From Prevotella sp. (GTDB lineage: Bacteria > Bacteroidota > Bacteroidia > Bacteroidales > Dysgonomonadaceae): DNA of 64,000 nucleotides. The notes under the pieces were generated by a model. The model was given only the letters and a program-made list of their open reading frames with translations. It did no database searches and was not told where the DNA came from. The DNA is taken from the NCBI GenBank assembly GCA_031285625.1, contig JAITVV010000084.1:32001-96000 (forward strand), given 5' to 3'. Numbering within the stretch: the first letter of the stretch is position 1; each line of letters opens with the position of its first letter. Positions 49,655 to 59,380 of the stretch are shown piece by piece. Both the position numbers and the translations under genes were made by a program.

Positions 49655-51316
49655 TTAGTATATCATTTCTATTTCTATCACCTTATCTTTTGACAGACTA
49701 CAAGTATAAATTATATTATCTGATGTAACAATCGCATTCGCACAATGATGATCTATACTATTGACTAGTTTTCCACTTTTCCTGTCATATACCTTTATAC
49801 CATCATTAGCAAGATACAGCTTATCTTTTGTCATTTCTATGAATTGAGACCGCGGATATTTATGTGTCGGTAAGAATTCCATTTTACCAATATCGAACAT
49901 AACATATTCCCCTTCAAAGATATGTAAAATACCATTCTCTATCCGGAAACAAGACACATTAGGATGATATTTTCCAGACATTGGCAACATCTGTTCAAAG
50001 ATTGTCACTCCTCTCTTCAGATCAACAACAACCAATTCTCCGGAAGGAGCCATATACAATAACTTATCATTATATACTAATGGGTCATCAAAACTATAGC
50101 CATTACCATCAACTGCCATTATATGTTTGAGTTCAATATCAAACCCGTTGATCTGCTCTCCTGTTGATATATCGATTGCTGTCAACCACACCTTATTTTT
50201 CTGAATACATTGCGAATAAGCTCTGTCCTCCCACAGAAACGGTACAGATGTGGATGTCCTGTGCTTAAACTTTGCTTTCACTAATTTGCCCGTTTTACTA
50301 TTAAGTATAGCTAAACAAGAATATATATTGATCATTACAAGCCCACCATCGGTATAGAATTCAGCGCTACCATAAGAAGCAAATGAAAGGGAACTACCAA
50401 CAAGAGTCATCCATTCAGGTACTTTAGTGACCGGAGTAAAACCTTTTTGAGGATCTATAGCTATTACATAATGGCTACTACCAGCTTGACCGACTCCGGC
50501 ATACCATATATCATTATATGACACTGCATGATCGATGCCATCCAGATAAAAACGGCGTTGCTGCCAGAGTATTGAACCTGTCTCAAGACTGACACCCATA
50601 TAATGGGTCTCACTCAGGAGCATTGCATATTTATCATTCACCTTATAGAAATAAAAATAAGAAATACTTCCTTTATCATTTTTTGTTTGTACTCCTCTTA
50701 CTTTTAACGCCTCGCCTTCTTTACGTTCCAATATAGACCAAACCGGTGGTGCTACAATCTCCACAGCAGGTATACCCTGAGGCAGTTTTTTTAGTACCTT
50801 TTCAATGTTCTTATAAAAACTTTTTTTCCCGGCTGGATTTAAAGAATGTGGCTCTACATCAAATGTCATTTCTCCAGCATTATTCTTAATATAAGGATCG
50901 GCACCCATTTTTACGGCAGTAGACCATAGATCAAATTTACCACGGGAACAAAACCAATGTAAAGGTGTATTTCCGGTTTTCTCTTTGATATTAAAAGCAG
51001 CTTCTCCCCCATTTTCTATTGCAATCTGAAAAATAGAATCGGAATAGGATAAAGCTATATAATGTAAAGGTGTACAACCCTTCTTATCCTGATCTGTAAA
51101 TTTACAGCCACACTCTAATGCATAAAGAATAGATTGTCGGGCTACTTCTAATTCATCTCCCTGCAAAAAACTAACCTTTGCTAAAAAATGCAGATAGTTC
51201 CTGCCATCATCAGTTTTAAGGCTGAAATCAGCTTTTTCTCCAATTAATTTTTTAATATTCTCTTTTTCATTACGGAAGTTGAATTTCTCATTGAGTAAGT
51301 CTAAAATAGTTTTCAT
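49655..51316 (-). CDS. Ankyrin-repeat / PQQ-like beta-propeller fusion protein, function unknown
   Basis: Ankyrin motifs DGRNYLH, KGCTPLH, TGNTPLH, GADPYIKN; C-terminal repeats SLETGSILW, AIDPQKG, NSKTGKLV, AIDISTGEQI, DRKSGKLV. Confidence 0.75.
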   Translation of the reverse strand: MKTILDLLNEKFNFRNEKENIKKLIGEKADFSLKTDDGRNYLHFLAKVSFLQGDELEVARQSILYALECGCKFTDQDKKGCTPLHYIALSYSDSIFQIAIENGGEAAFNIKEKTGNTPLHWFCSRGKFDLWSTAVKMGADPYIKNNAGEMTFDVEPHSLNPAGKKSFYKNIEKVLKKLPQGIPAVEIVAPPVWSILERKEGEALKVRGVQTKNDKGSISYFYFYKVNDKYAMLLSETHYMGVSLETGSILWQQRRFYLDGIDHAVSYNDIWYAGVGQAGSSHYVIAIDPQKGFTPVTKVPEWMTLVGSSLSFASYGSAEFYTDGGLVMINIYSCLAILNSKTGKLVKAKFKHRTSTSVPFLWEDRAYSQCIQKNKVWLTAIDISTGEQINGFDIELKHIMAVDGNGYSFDDPLVYNDKLLYMAPSGELVVVDLKRGVTIFEQMLPMSGKYHPNVSCFRIENGILHIFEGEYVMFDIGKMEFLPTHKYPRSQFIEMTKDKLYLANDGIKVYDRKSGKLVNSIDHHCANAIVTSDNIIYTCSLSKDKVIEIEMIY

Positions 51317-51382
51317 AAGTTTCGTGTTTCTATGATTTTAATAATAAGGTATACGAATATACAACACATCGGCAGAAAAACA

Positions 51383-51411
51383 AATAGCCGGAATAATTTA
51401 TTCCGGCTATT
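51383..51411 (-). terminator. Perfect inverted repeat after the P-type ATPase gene
   Basis: AATAGCCGGAATAA-T-TTATTCCGGCTATT. Confidence 0.75.
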
Positions 51412-51434
51412 CATTCTATTTATAAGAAACCTTA

Positions 51435-54134
51435 TTATTTTGTTTTTATTAGATCAATCTTTCTCATTACATACTTTTCTATTTCTACAATTACAAAAAT
51501 TAAGAATCCAAAAGCAAACGGATATATCCAAAAATGTAATGGCAATTGCACGGTTCCAAATACATCATTCATAAATGGTATGTAAGTTATAAAAAGCTGT
51601 AACAATATAAGTAACCCGGAGACTACAAACACAGCCTTATTACTGAAAAAATCGCGGCTAAAGGCTGACTGCCTTATACTACGGCTATTATAAAGATGGA
51701 ACATTTGGGTAATAACTATAGTCTGGATTGTCACAGTTCTTACAATATCTTCGCTCACTCCGTTAGCCAGAAGATATAAGTTTAATAATAATGTACCGCC
51801 ACCGATAAGAATAGATACAAATAATATTCTCCATATAAAGTAACCATTCAGTAAAGGTGTCCGAGATGACCTCGGAGGTTGTTTCATCGTATCGGGTTCC
51901 AATTTTTCAAAAGCCAAAGCTAACGATATTGTCACCGAAGTAACCATATTAACCCAGAGAATCTGGATAGGCGTAAGTGGCATCAGCGTTCCAAAAAGTA
52001 TACTGGCAATGATAAGAAAACTTTCAGCACCATTTGTAGGTAATATAAATAGAATCGTCTTTTTCAGATTATCGTATACCCTCCTGCCCTCTTCTACAGC
52101 TGCAGCAATGGTCGAAAAATTATCGTCAGCCAAAACCATCTCGGCTGCATCTTTGGTCACTTCCGTTCCTTTTATCCCCATTGCAATACCCACATCCGCT
52201 TTTTTTAATGCAGGAGCATCGTTGACTCCGTCTCCAGTCATAGCACATATTATATTACGTGCCTGAAGGGCTTTCACCAGGCGAAGTTTATGTTCCGGAC
52301 TAGTACGGGCAAAGATATTATATTCAAGTGCTGCCTCTTCCAGTTCTTCGTCGGCCATCCGTTCTATAGCTTTTCCCTCCAATGCCATGGAGCCGTCACC
52401 AATTCCCATATCTTTACCGATAGATTTTGCTGTTTCAATGTGGTCGCCGGTTATCATTTTCACAGTTATACCAGCCTGTGCACATTGCCCTATAGCTTCA
52501 ATCGCTTCTTCTCTAGGAGGGTCAATAATACCTGCTAATCCTAAAAAGACTACCCCTTCCTGGATATCTTCATGCGATAATTTCTTTTTTTGTTTGTCGA
52601 CAATTTTATATGCGCCACCTATTATACGCTGTCCATTGCCGGCTAACCCGTGTATCTTAGACTCCCAATATTTCCTGTCAAATACTTTTAGTCCATCTTC
52701 CGACAATTGTTTATCAGCCATACCGAGGAGACGATCCGGAGCACCCTTTATGTAAATGATATTTTTATCTTCACATTCAGCCAAAGTAGCCATGTATTTA
52801 TATTCAGAGTCGAAAGGAATTGTAGCCAGCCTGTCGGTCTCATGATGGTCTACAGGTGCTTTCTCGTACAGAGTAATCAAGGCTCCTTCTGTAGGATCTC
52901 CTTTTACGTACCAGTTGCCTTCATCATCCTTACCCAACGATGCTTCGTTACAAATATAAAAACAACCGACAAGTTCATCTAAAACAGGCTCTGAAGAAAA
53001 ATCAGCTTTCTCTTCAGCCTTCATTATATCACCTTTAGGTGAATAGCCTGTTCCCGTTACATGAAACTCTCCGGTAGCAGTAATCAGGCTTTTAACTGTC
53101 ATCTCATTTTTGGTAAGAGTTCCTGTTTTATCAGAACATATAACAGCAACCGATCCCAGGGTCTCCACAGAGGGCAGAGTACGTACAATTGCATTCCGTT
53201 TAGCCATATTTTGAACTCCTATAGCAAGGATTATTGACAATATAGCCGGCAATCCTTCAGGTATGGCTGCTACAGCAAGTCCAATGACTGACATTAATAG
53301 TTCGCCTGTCTGATAATCACGAAAGAAATAACCAAATGCAAATACAAGTATGGCAATAACAATTATCACCATAGATACCGTTTTACCAAAGCTTGCTGTT
53401 TGTTTGAGCAGGGGAGTCGTTATTTGCTTTACCTCTGACATCATACGGTTAATCTTCCCTATTTCGGTATCTTGCCCTATTGCCACCACAGCACCAATTC
53501 CTGTGCCCGCACTAACTGTAGTTGTAGAAAATGCCATATTCGTCCGGTCACCTAATGGTGTATCGGCATCAATAACTGTTACATTCTTTTCAGAAGGTAC
53601 AGATTCCCCTGTCAGGGCAGACTCTTCAATCCGAAGATTATCTGATTTGATGATTCTAAGATCAGCAGGTATTTTATCTCCCGGATGAAGGATTACAATA
53701 TCCCCTACGGCAAGATGCGAGGCTCCAATTTCAACTCTTTTTCCATCCCTTATTATTTGTGCTGTATGCGACAACATCTTTTTTATGTCCTCCAGTGCTT
53801 TCTCAGCCTTATTCTCCTGAAAGAAACCAATACTGGCATTTACAACAGCCACTATTACTATCACAATTGTATCTACCCAATGACCCAAAAGTGCAGTAAC
53901 TACTGCAGCTATAAGAAGTATATAGATTAGTATATCATTGAAGTGTTTAAAAAAGCGAATTAATCTGCTTTCTTTTTTCTTTTCAGGCAATACATTCTCT
54001 CCAAATTTGTTAAGACGTTCCTGCGCCTCAACTTCAGATAACCCTTTGGTCGAATTTGTACCAAGTAATTCAATTACCTCTTTCGTTTCCTGAGAATGCC
54101 AGCTTTTATTTGTCACTCTTTTTTCTCTTTCCAT
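51435..54134 (-). CDS. P-type cation-transporting ATPase (type IIA, Ca2+-pump-like)
   Basis: LTGES, AIPEGL, DKTGTLT phosphorylation site, KGAP, TGD, GDGVND, QILWVN. Confidence 0.93.
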   Translation of the reverse strand: MEREKRVTNKSWHSQETKEVIELLGTNSTKGLSEVEAQERLNKFGENVLPEKKKESRLIRFFKHFNDILIYILLIAAVVTALLGHWVDTIVIVIVAVVNASIGFFQENKAEKALEDIKKMLSHTAQIIRDGKRVEIGASHLAVGDIVILHPGDKIPADLRIIKSDNLRIEESALTGESVPSEKNVTVIDADTPLGDRTNMAFSTTTVSAGTGIGAVVAIGQDTEIGKINRMMSEVKQITTPLLKQTASFGKTVSMVIIVIAILVFAFGYFFRDYQTGELLMSVIGLAVAAIPEGLPAILSIILAIGVQNMAKRNAIVRTLPSVETLGSVAVICSDKTGTLTKNEMTVKSLITATGEFHVTGTGYSPKGDIMKAEEKADFSSEPVLDELVGCFYICNEASLGKDDEGNWYVKGDPTEGALITLYEKAPVDHHETDRLATIPFDSEYKYMATLAECEDKNIIYIKGAPDRLLGMADKQLSEDGLKVFDRKYWESKIHGLAGNGQRIIGGAYKIVDKQKKKLSHEDIQEGVVFLGLAGIIDPPREEAIEAIGQCAQAGITVKMITGDHIETAKSIGKDMGIGDGSMALEGKAIERMADEELEEAALEYNIFARTSPEHKLRLVKALQARNIICAMTGDGVNDAPALKKADVGIAMGIKGTEVTKDAAEMVLADDNFSTIAAAVEEGRRVYDNLKKTILFILPTNGAESFLIIASILFGTLMPLTPIQILWVNMVTSVTISLALAFEKLEPDTMKQPPRSSRTPLLNGYFIWRILFVSILIGGGTLLLNLYLLANGVSEDIVRTVTIQTIVITQMFHLYNSRSIRQSAFSRDFFSNKAVFVVSGLLILLQLFITYIPFMNDVFGTVQLPLHFWIYPFAFGFLIFVIVEIEKYVMRKIDLIKTK

Positions 54135-54292
54135 TCTTACTTTTTCAATTTTTTTGTCTGATTATTTAACATAGTGGTTATATTTTAACAATTAAAGATG
54201 TAAAAAGTTTGGTTGTAACAATCTACCCTGCCTAATCAAAACATAAGCAGAAATAATTTTAAGTGTATAACAAACTATCTAAAAAAAGTAAT

Positions 54293-54300
54293 TACCTTTG
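54293..54300 (+). promoter_or_regulatory. -7 promoter element upstream of the pyrB leader
   Basis: TACCTTTG ending 23 nt before the leader ATG. Confidence 0.65.
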
Positions 54301-54323
54301 TTATATCAATATAGAGAATAATA

Positions 54324-54404
54324 ATGAAAACAATATCGCTTATACAACAGCATTATTTTCACAGTGACGATTCCTGTATTTTACATGATTTCTTTAAAAT
54401 TTAG
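54324..54404 (+). CDS. Putative 26-aa leader peptide upstream of pyrBI
   Basis: MKTISLIQQHYFHSDDSCILHDFFKI; A-rich initiation context; lies between a consensus promoter and a strong terminator. Confidence 0.55.
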   Translation: MKTISLIQQHYFHSDDSCILHDFFKI

Positions 54405-54409
54405 ATATC

Positions 54410-54446
54410 ATCCTCGAAGAAGTTTTCTTTTTCGGGGATTTTTTTT
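54410..54446 (+). terminator. Intrinsic terminator / candidate attenuator upstream of pyrB
   Basis: 13-bp stem ATCCTCGAAGAAG-TTTT-CTTTTTCGGGGAT (two G-U pairs) followed by T7. Confidence 0.8.
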
Positions 54447-54531
54447 GAAGTATTTATCTAATATAAAGATATTTGACATATGAAAGAACGATAAAATAAG
54501 AAATGAAAAAAGTAACAGATAAAACATATAA

Positions 54532-54556
54532 AAAAGTGTCACCTTTGTCACCTTTT
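54532..54556 (-). repeat. Dispersed 25-bp motif, copy 2
   Basis: Reverse complement reads AAAAGGTGACAAAGGTGACACTTTT; matches 15235-15259. Confidence 0.6.
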
Positions 54557-54658
54557 TCTTCCAAAAACCTGGTTATTAACCATTTGACAAATTTACGAAG
54601 TGTTACTTTTTACTTTATCTCCAATCAGATATAAATAACTCTTACAAAATAGACTGTT

Positions 54659-55576
54659 ATGTGCAACAAAAGCCTGGTATCAATCACAGATTATTCGAAG
54701 GAAGATATCCTGAGAATACTCCACCTGACAAAAAAATTTGATGAACAACCTAACAGGAGACTACTGGAAGGAAAAATCTGCGCCACTTTATTTTTTGAAC
54801 CTTCTACGCGTACACGCCTTAGTTTCGAAACGGCTGTAAACCGTCTGGGAGGCCGTATTATTGGTTTTTCTGATGCAGCTACCACCAGTTCATCAAAAGG
54901 GGAAACATTAAAGGACACCATCCTGATGGTAAACAACTATGCTGATATTATCATCATGCGTCATCATCTGGAAGGCGCTGCCCGGTATGCATCTGAGGTT
55001 TCATCCATACCTATTATTAATGCAGGAGACGGAGCAAATCAACACCCTACTCAAACAATGCTGGATATGTATTCCATATTTAAGACACAAGGGACTCTGG
55101 ATAACCTGACAATCACAATTGTAGGAGACCTGAAGTATGGAAGAACGGTACACTCGCTTATTATAGGTATGTCACACTTCAATCCTACCTTTCTATTCGT
55201 TGCTCCCGAAGAATTGAGCCTGCCCGATCCATATAAGGCATTTTGCGACAGCCATAATATCAAATATGAAGAACATACCGATTTTTCGCCGGAAGTGATC
55301 AATAAAGCAGATATAATCTACATGACACGTGTTCAGCGTGAACGCTTTACAGATCTGATGGAATATGAAAAAGTAAAGAACATATATATCCTCAGAAAAG
55401 ATATGTTGGAAGGTACTAAGGACAATCTGAAAATACTGCATCCCCTACCCCGCGTAAATGAAATACAACAAGATGTGGATGACAGCCCAAAAGCATATTA
55501 CTTCGAACAGGCTAAGAACGGTATGTTTACCCGTGAAGCTGTGATATGTGATGCACTAGGAATAGAGGTTGAATAA
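54659..55576 (+). CDS. pyrB: Aspartate carbamoyltransferase catalytic subunit
   Basis: [46 protein letters not shown]. Confidence 0.98.
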   Translation: MCNKSLVSITDYSKEDILRILHLTKKFDEQPNRRLLEGKICATLFFEPSTRTRLSFETAVNRLGGRIIGFSDAATTSSSKGETLKDTILMVNNYADIIIMRHHLEGAARYASEVSSIPIINAGDGANQHPTQTMLDMYSIFKTQGTLDNLTITIVGDLKYGRTVHSLIIGMSHFNPTFLFVAPEELSLPDPYKAFCDSHNIKYEEHTDFSPEVINKADIIYMTRVQRERFTDLMEYEKVKNIYILRKDMLEGTKDNLKILHPLPRVNEIQQDVDDSPKAYYFEQAKNGMFTREAVICDALGIEVE

Positions 55577-55612
55577 GTTGTGAGTAAAAAAGTTAAGAAA
55601 AAAACCTGAATT

Positions 55613-56074
55613 ATGAGCGAACAAAGAAGAGAACTGCAAGTAGCTGCATTATGCAATGGAACCGCGATAGATCATATACCACCCCGCTTTGTCTTTAAAG
55701 TAGTATCCTTACTCGAGTTAGAAAATCTTGAAAACCCAATCACCATAGGGAATAACTTCGAAAGTAAAAAAATGCAATCGAAAGGAATTATAAAGATTGC
55801 AGATAAATACTTCGAAGAGGATGAGATCAACAAGATAGCCCTTATAGCGCCCAATGTTGTTCTCAATATCATAAAAGACTACGAGGTAGTAGAAAAGAAA
55901 AGAGTTATACTTCCTCAGACCATAAAAGGTATTGTAAAGTGTAATAATCCGAAGTGCATTACCAACAATGAACCGATGATAACTCACTTTGAAGTAGTGG
56001 ATTCTGACAAGATCGAGTTACGTTGCCATTATTGTAATATTAAAATAAAGAAAGACGAGATTATCCTGAAATGA
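55613..56074 (+). CDS. pyrI: Aspartate carbamoyltransferase regulatory subunit
   Basis: NGTAIDHI and the Zn ligands CNNPKCIT...CHYC. Confidence 0.96.
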   Translation: MSEQRRELQVAALCNGTAIDHIPPRFVFKVVSLLELENLENPITIGNNFESKKMQSKGIIKIADKYFEEDEINKIALIAPNVVLNIIKDYEVVEKKRVILPQTIKGIVKCNNPKCITNNEPMITHFEVVDSDKIELRCHYCNIKIKKDEIILK

Positions 56075-56646
56075 AACAAGACTGGAAACCAGGAACTTTA
56101 ATTTATCCCTTACCTGCCGCCATGATTAGTTGCGGAGGTACTCCTGATGAGTACAATATTATTACATTAAGCTGGCTTGGTACTATATGTACAAATCCAC
56201 CGATGTGTTATATCTCGGTACGCCCTGAACGCCATTCCTACGATATTATAAAGAGGAATATGGAGTTTGTTATCAATATCACGACCAACGATCTGGCATT
56301 TGCTACCGATTGGTGTGGGGTAAAATCAGGGAGGAACACAAACAAATTTGAGGAAATGGGACTGACCGCCGGAAAGGCCTCTATAGTACAGGCTCCGATT
56401 ATAGTTGAATCTCCATTAAACATAGAATGCAGGGTAAAAGAAATTATCAGCCTTGGTTCGCACGATATGTTTATAGCGGATGTAGTAAATGTAAAGGCCG
56501 ATGAAAAGTATATCGATCCCGAGACTGATAAATTCTGTTTGGAAGAAGCGAACCCCATTGCCTATTCCCATGGACAATATTATAATCTGGGTAATAAAAT
56601 AGGAGGATTCGGATGGTCAGTAAAGAAGAAAAAAGAAGATATCTGA
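56071..56646 (+). CDS. Flavin reductase-like (flavoredoxin) FMN-binding protein
   Basis: YPLPA, RPERHS, EFVIN, CGVKSGR, ECRV, GSHDMF. Confidence 0.88.
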   Translation: MKQDWKPGTLIYPLPAAMISCGGTPDEYNIITLSWLGTICTNPPMCYISVRPERHSYDIIKRNMEFVINITTNDLAFATDWCGVKSGRNTNKFEEMGLTAGKASIVQAPIIVESPLNIECRVKEIISLGSHDMFIADVVNVKADEKYIDPETDKFCLEEANPIAYSHGQYYNLGNKIGGFGWSVKKKKEDI

Positions 56647-56722
56647 TTCTCTGATGTCAAAAAAGTTTTTTTAAGAATACAGTACGCCTTATAAATTGTT
56701 AATACCAAACAAAACTGACACT

Positions 56723-58177
56723 ATGAAAAAGCATTTGTTTTCTGCATTATTAATTCTCAATGTTCTGTTTGCGGCTGCACAACAGAAAGCTCAAACAAGT
56801 AATATCCTCACCGAAGAACAAAAGATATACGGACTATCAAAGTTCTGGCATGAGGTACGTGAAAATTTTGTATTTATCAATCAGGTTGGAATAGAAAAAT
56901 GGGATAGTATATATCAGTCATACATACCTTTAGCACGACAAACCACAAATGACTGGGAATATTTTAAACTACTGCAGCACTTTTGTGCTCACACCAACGA
57001 TGGGCATACAGGAATAATGCGGCCTCCAATAGAATTGACTCAGACAGAAGCACGTAAACCGGGAGACGTATTCTTACCTGAACGTGACGGGATGTTTGAA
57101 GAGGGGGTTCTTCTCCTAATGAAAGTAGCCGGAAAAGCCTCGGTAATACGTGTAAACAAAAACATGGGAAAAGAAATCCCCGCCGGGAGTCAGGTACACA
57201 CAGTAAACAATCTGCCTGTAGAAGAGTATATCAATCGCTATACCTTACCTTATGTCAACCAATCAACCGACCACATGAGGGCAAATATGGCTGTACGGAG
57301 TATTGTCAACGGTGTGTATGGTGATACTCTCAGACTAGGATATACAAAACCTGATGGAAAAGAAGGTAATATCAAATTAACTTTTGGGGGTACATCAAGG
57401 AACGCCTCTGAAGGGGAAGACCTGTTTTATATACCGACAAACCCTTCCGGAGAACTAGTTAGCCTGGAATGGCAGGATAACAATATTGCTCTTATCAAGC
57501 TCAATAGTTTTTCGAATAAAAAAATTGTTGATGATTTTAAACAGCTATTGCCTAAACTGCAAAAAGCCAAAGGGCTCATCATCGACCTACGATTTAATGG
57601 TGGCGGAGATACATATAATGGCGTGAGAATTCTGCAATACTTTATACCTGACGATGTTCTTTACGGAATGCACTCCCGTTCACGCATGACTATTCCAAGC
57701 TATAAGGCATGGGGAAACTATATGGCTGCAAAAGACACAATAAATAGTGCACATGCTAAGAAATCATATTTAGCAGCGCATAATGAATTATATCATGATT
57801 TTGGAGTTGATACATTCAAGGTAGAAATTGACAAAAAGGAAAAATTGATCATACCAACTGTAATACTCACAAATAACTACACGGCATCTGCCGCCGAAGA
57901 CTTCCTTATATACGCTGATAAACAAAAACATATGATACGCATGGGGCAGAAAACATTTGGTAGCACCGGACAACCTATAAATGTTCCATTAGTAGCAGGA
58001 TTAGGTGCATATATCTGTACTAAAGAAGATACCTATACTGACGGGCGTAAGTTTGTAGGTGTAGGAGTAGTACCACATATTGAGGTAACACCAACAATGG
58101 ATGATTATCTGAAAGGTAAAGATGTAGAAGTAGACAAGGCTTGCGAATATATCAAAGAAGAATTGGCTAAAAAATAA
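56723..58177 (+). CDS. S41 family peptidase, secreted
   Basis: Signal peptide; NDGHT, PDZ-like region, IIDLRFNGGG, TASAAE catalytic motif, GSTG, GVVPH. Confidence 0.88.
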   Translation: MKKHLFSALLILNVLFAAAQQKAQTSNILTEEQKIYGLSKFWHEVRENFVFINQVGIEKWDSIYQSYIPLARQTTNDWEYFKLLQHFCAHTNDGHTGIMRPPIELTQTEARKPGDVFLPERDGMFEEGVLLLMKVAGKASVIRVNKNMGKEIPAGSQVHTVNNLPVEEYINRYTLPYVNQSTDHMRANMAVRSIVNGVYGDTLRLGYTKPDGKEGNIKLTFGGTSRNASEGEDLFYIPTNPSGELVSLEWQDNNIALIKLNSFSNKKIVDDFKQLLPKLQKAKGLIIDLRFNGGGDTYNGVRILQYFIPDDVLYGMHSRSRMTIPSYKAWGNYMAAKDTINSAHAKKSYLAAHNELYHDFGVDTFKVEIDKKEKLIIPTVILTNNYTASAAEDFLIYADKQKHMIRMGQKTFGSTGQPINVPLVAGLGAYICTKEDTYTDGRKFVGVGVVPHIEVTPTMDDYLKGKDVEVDKACEYIKEELAKK

Positions 58178-58203
58178 GTGGTCACAAATAATGTGACCAC
58201 TTA
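58175..58203. terminator. Bidirectional hairpin between convergent genes
   Basis: TAAGTGGTCACA-AATAA-TGTGACCACTTA. Confidence 0.75.
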
Positions 58204-58224
58204 AAATTATTCTTTAGTAATTAT

Positions 58225-59370
58225 TTATTTCTTTACTGAAAACTTAAAGATTGTCTCGCTTTGATATTTTTCTCCCGGACGAAGAGTTGCCGAAGGCCAA
58301 TCTTTCTTATTAGGCGTATCAGGGTATTTTTGAGTTTCTAAGCAAACTGCAGCGCGGTGCTGGTTTACCTTTCCTTTTTTACCTTTATCGCTACCATCCA
58401 TGAAGTTTCCTGCATAGAACTGGATTCCCGGCTCTGTTGTATATACATCAAGAACGATTCCTGAACGAGGAGATTCTAAAGTAGCAGCAACTTTGCTTAT
58501 ATCGCCATTTGTATTTAGTACCCAGTTGTGGTCATAACCTTTTCCGTTCTTCAACTGAACAAAATCGAAGTTATCTATTCTGGCACCCACAGCAGTAGGA
58601 GTGCGGAAGTCCATATCTGTACCTTCCACATCCAGAATTTCACCTGTAGTCATAAATGTAGAATCAACAGGGGTATATTTATCAGCATGGAGAGTCAATA
58701 ACCAATCTGTATTCTTCACATCCGGATCACCATCCATATTGAAATACGTGTGGTTAGTCAGATTCACTACAGTCGGTTTATCAGTTTCAGCCTCATACTT
58801 AATATCGATTGCATTGTCATCTCTCAAAGTATAAGTGATCTTCGTATTCAGATTTCCAGGGAAACCTTCTTCTCCGTCTTTTGACAGGTATGTAAGTTCC
58901 AGTACCTTATCATCTATCTGATTAGCAGTAAATACTACAGTATGGAAACCTTTATCTCCGCCATGAAGTGTATGACCGAAGTTATTTTTAGGCAGGTCAT
59001 ACTTTACACCGTCAATTTCGAATGTGCCTTGTCCGATTCTATTACCATAACGTCCGATAGCTGCCCCATAATTATTTCCGGCAACATTAATATAGTCCTG
59101 TATCGAATCAAAGCCAATAACAACGTCTTTTTTATTACCATCTTTGTCAGGTACCGAAACCGAAACAATACGCCCACCATAGTTAGTTATACAGACTTCC
59201 ATACCGCTAGAATTAGTAAGCACATATAGATCTGTTTTCTTACCTTGCACTTCGGTCTCAAAGTTCTTTTTATCCAGACCCGATTCAGTGAGCTTACCTA
59301 CAGGAGCTTTCTCATTACAAGCTACAAATAGAAATGCTGCTGACAAAGCTGCCAAAACTGTTTTCTTCAT
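58225..59370 (-). CDS. galM: Aldose 1-epimerase (mutarotase), lipoprotein
   Basis: Lipobox FVAC; GRYGNRI, LHGG, GFPGN, NLTNHTYFN, GYDHN, CLETQ. Confidence 0.92.
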   Translation of the reverse strand: MKKTVLAALSAAFLFVACNEKAPVGKLTESGLDKKNFETEVQGKKTDLYVLTNSSGMEVCITNYGGRIVSVSVPDKDGNKKDVVIGFDSIQDYINVAGNNYGAAIGRYGNRIGQGTFEIDGVKYDLPKNNFGHTLHGGDKGFHTVVFTANQIDDKVLELTYLSKDGEEGFPGNLNTKITYTLRDDNAIDIKYEAETDKPTVVNLTNHTYFNMDGDPDVKNTDWLLTLHADKYTPVDSTFMTTGEILDVEGTDMDFRTPTAVGARIDNFDFVQLKNGKGYDHNWVLNTNGDISKVAATLESPRSGIVLDVYTTEPGIQFYAGNFMDGSDKGKKGKVNQHRAAVCLETQKYPDTPNKKDWPSATLRPGEKYQSETIFKFSVKK

Positions 59371-59380
59371 AATTTATATA

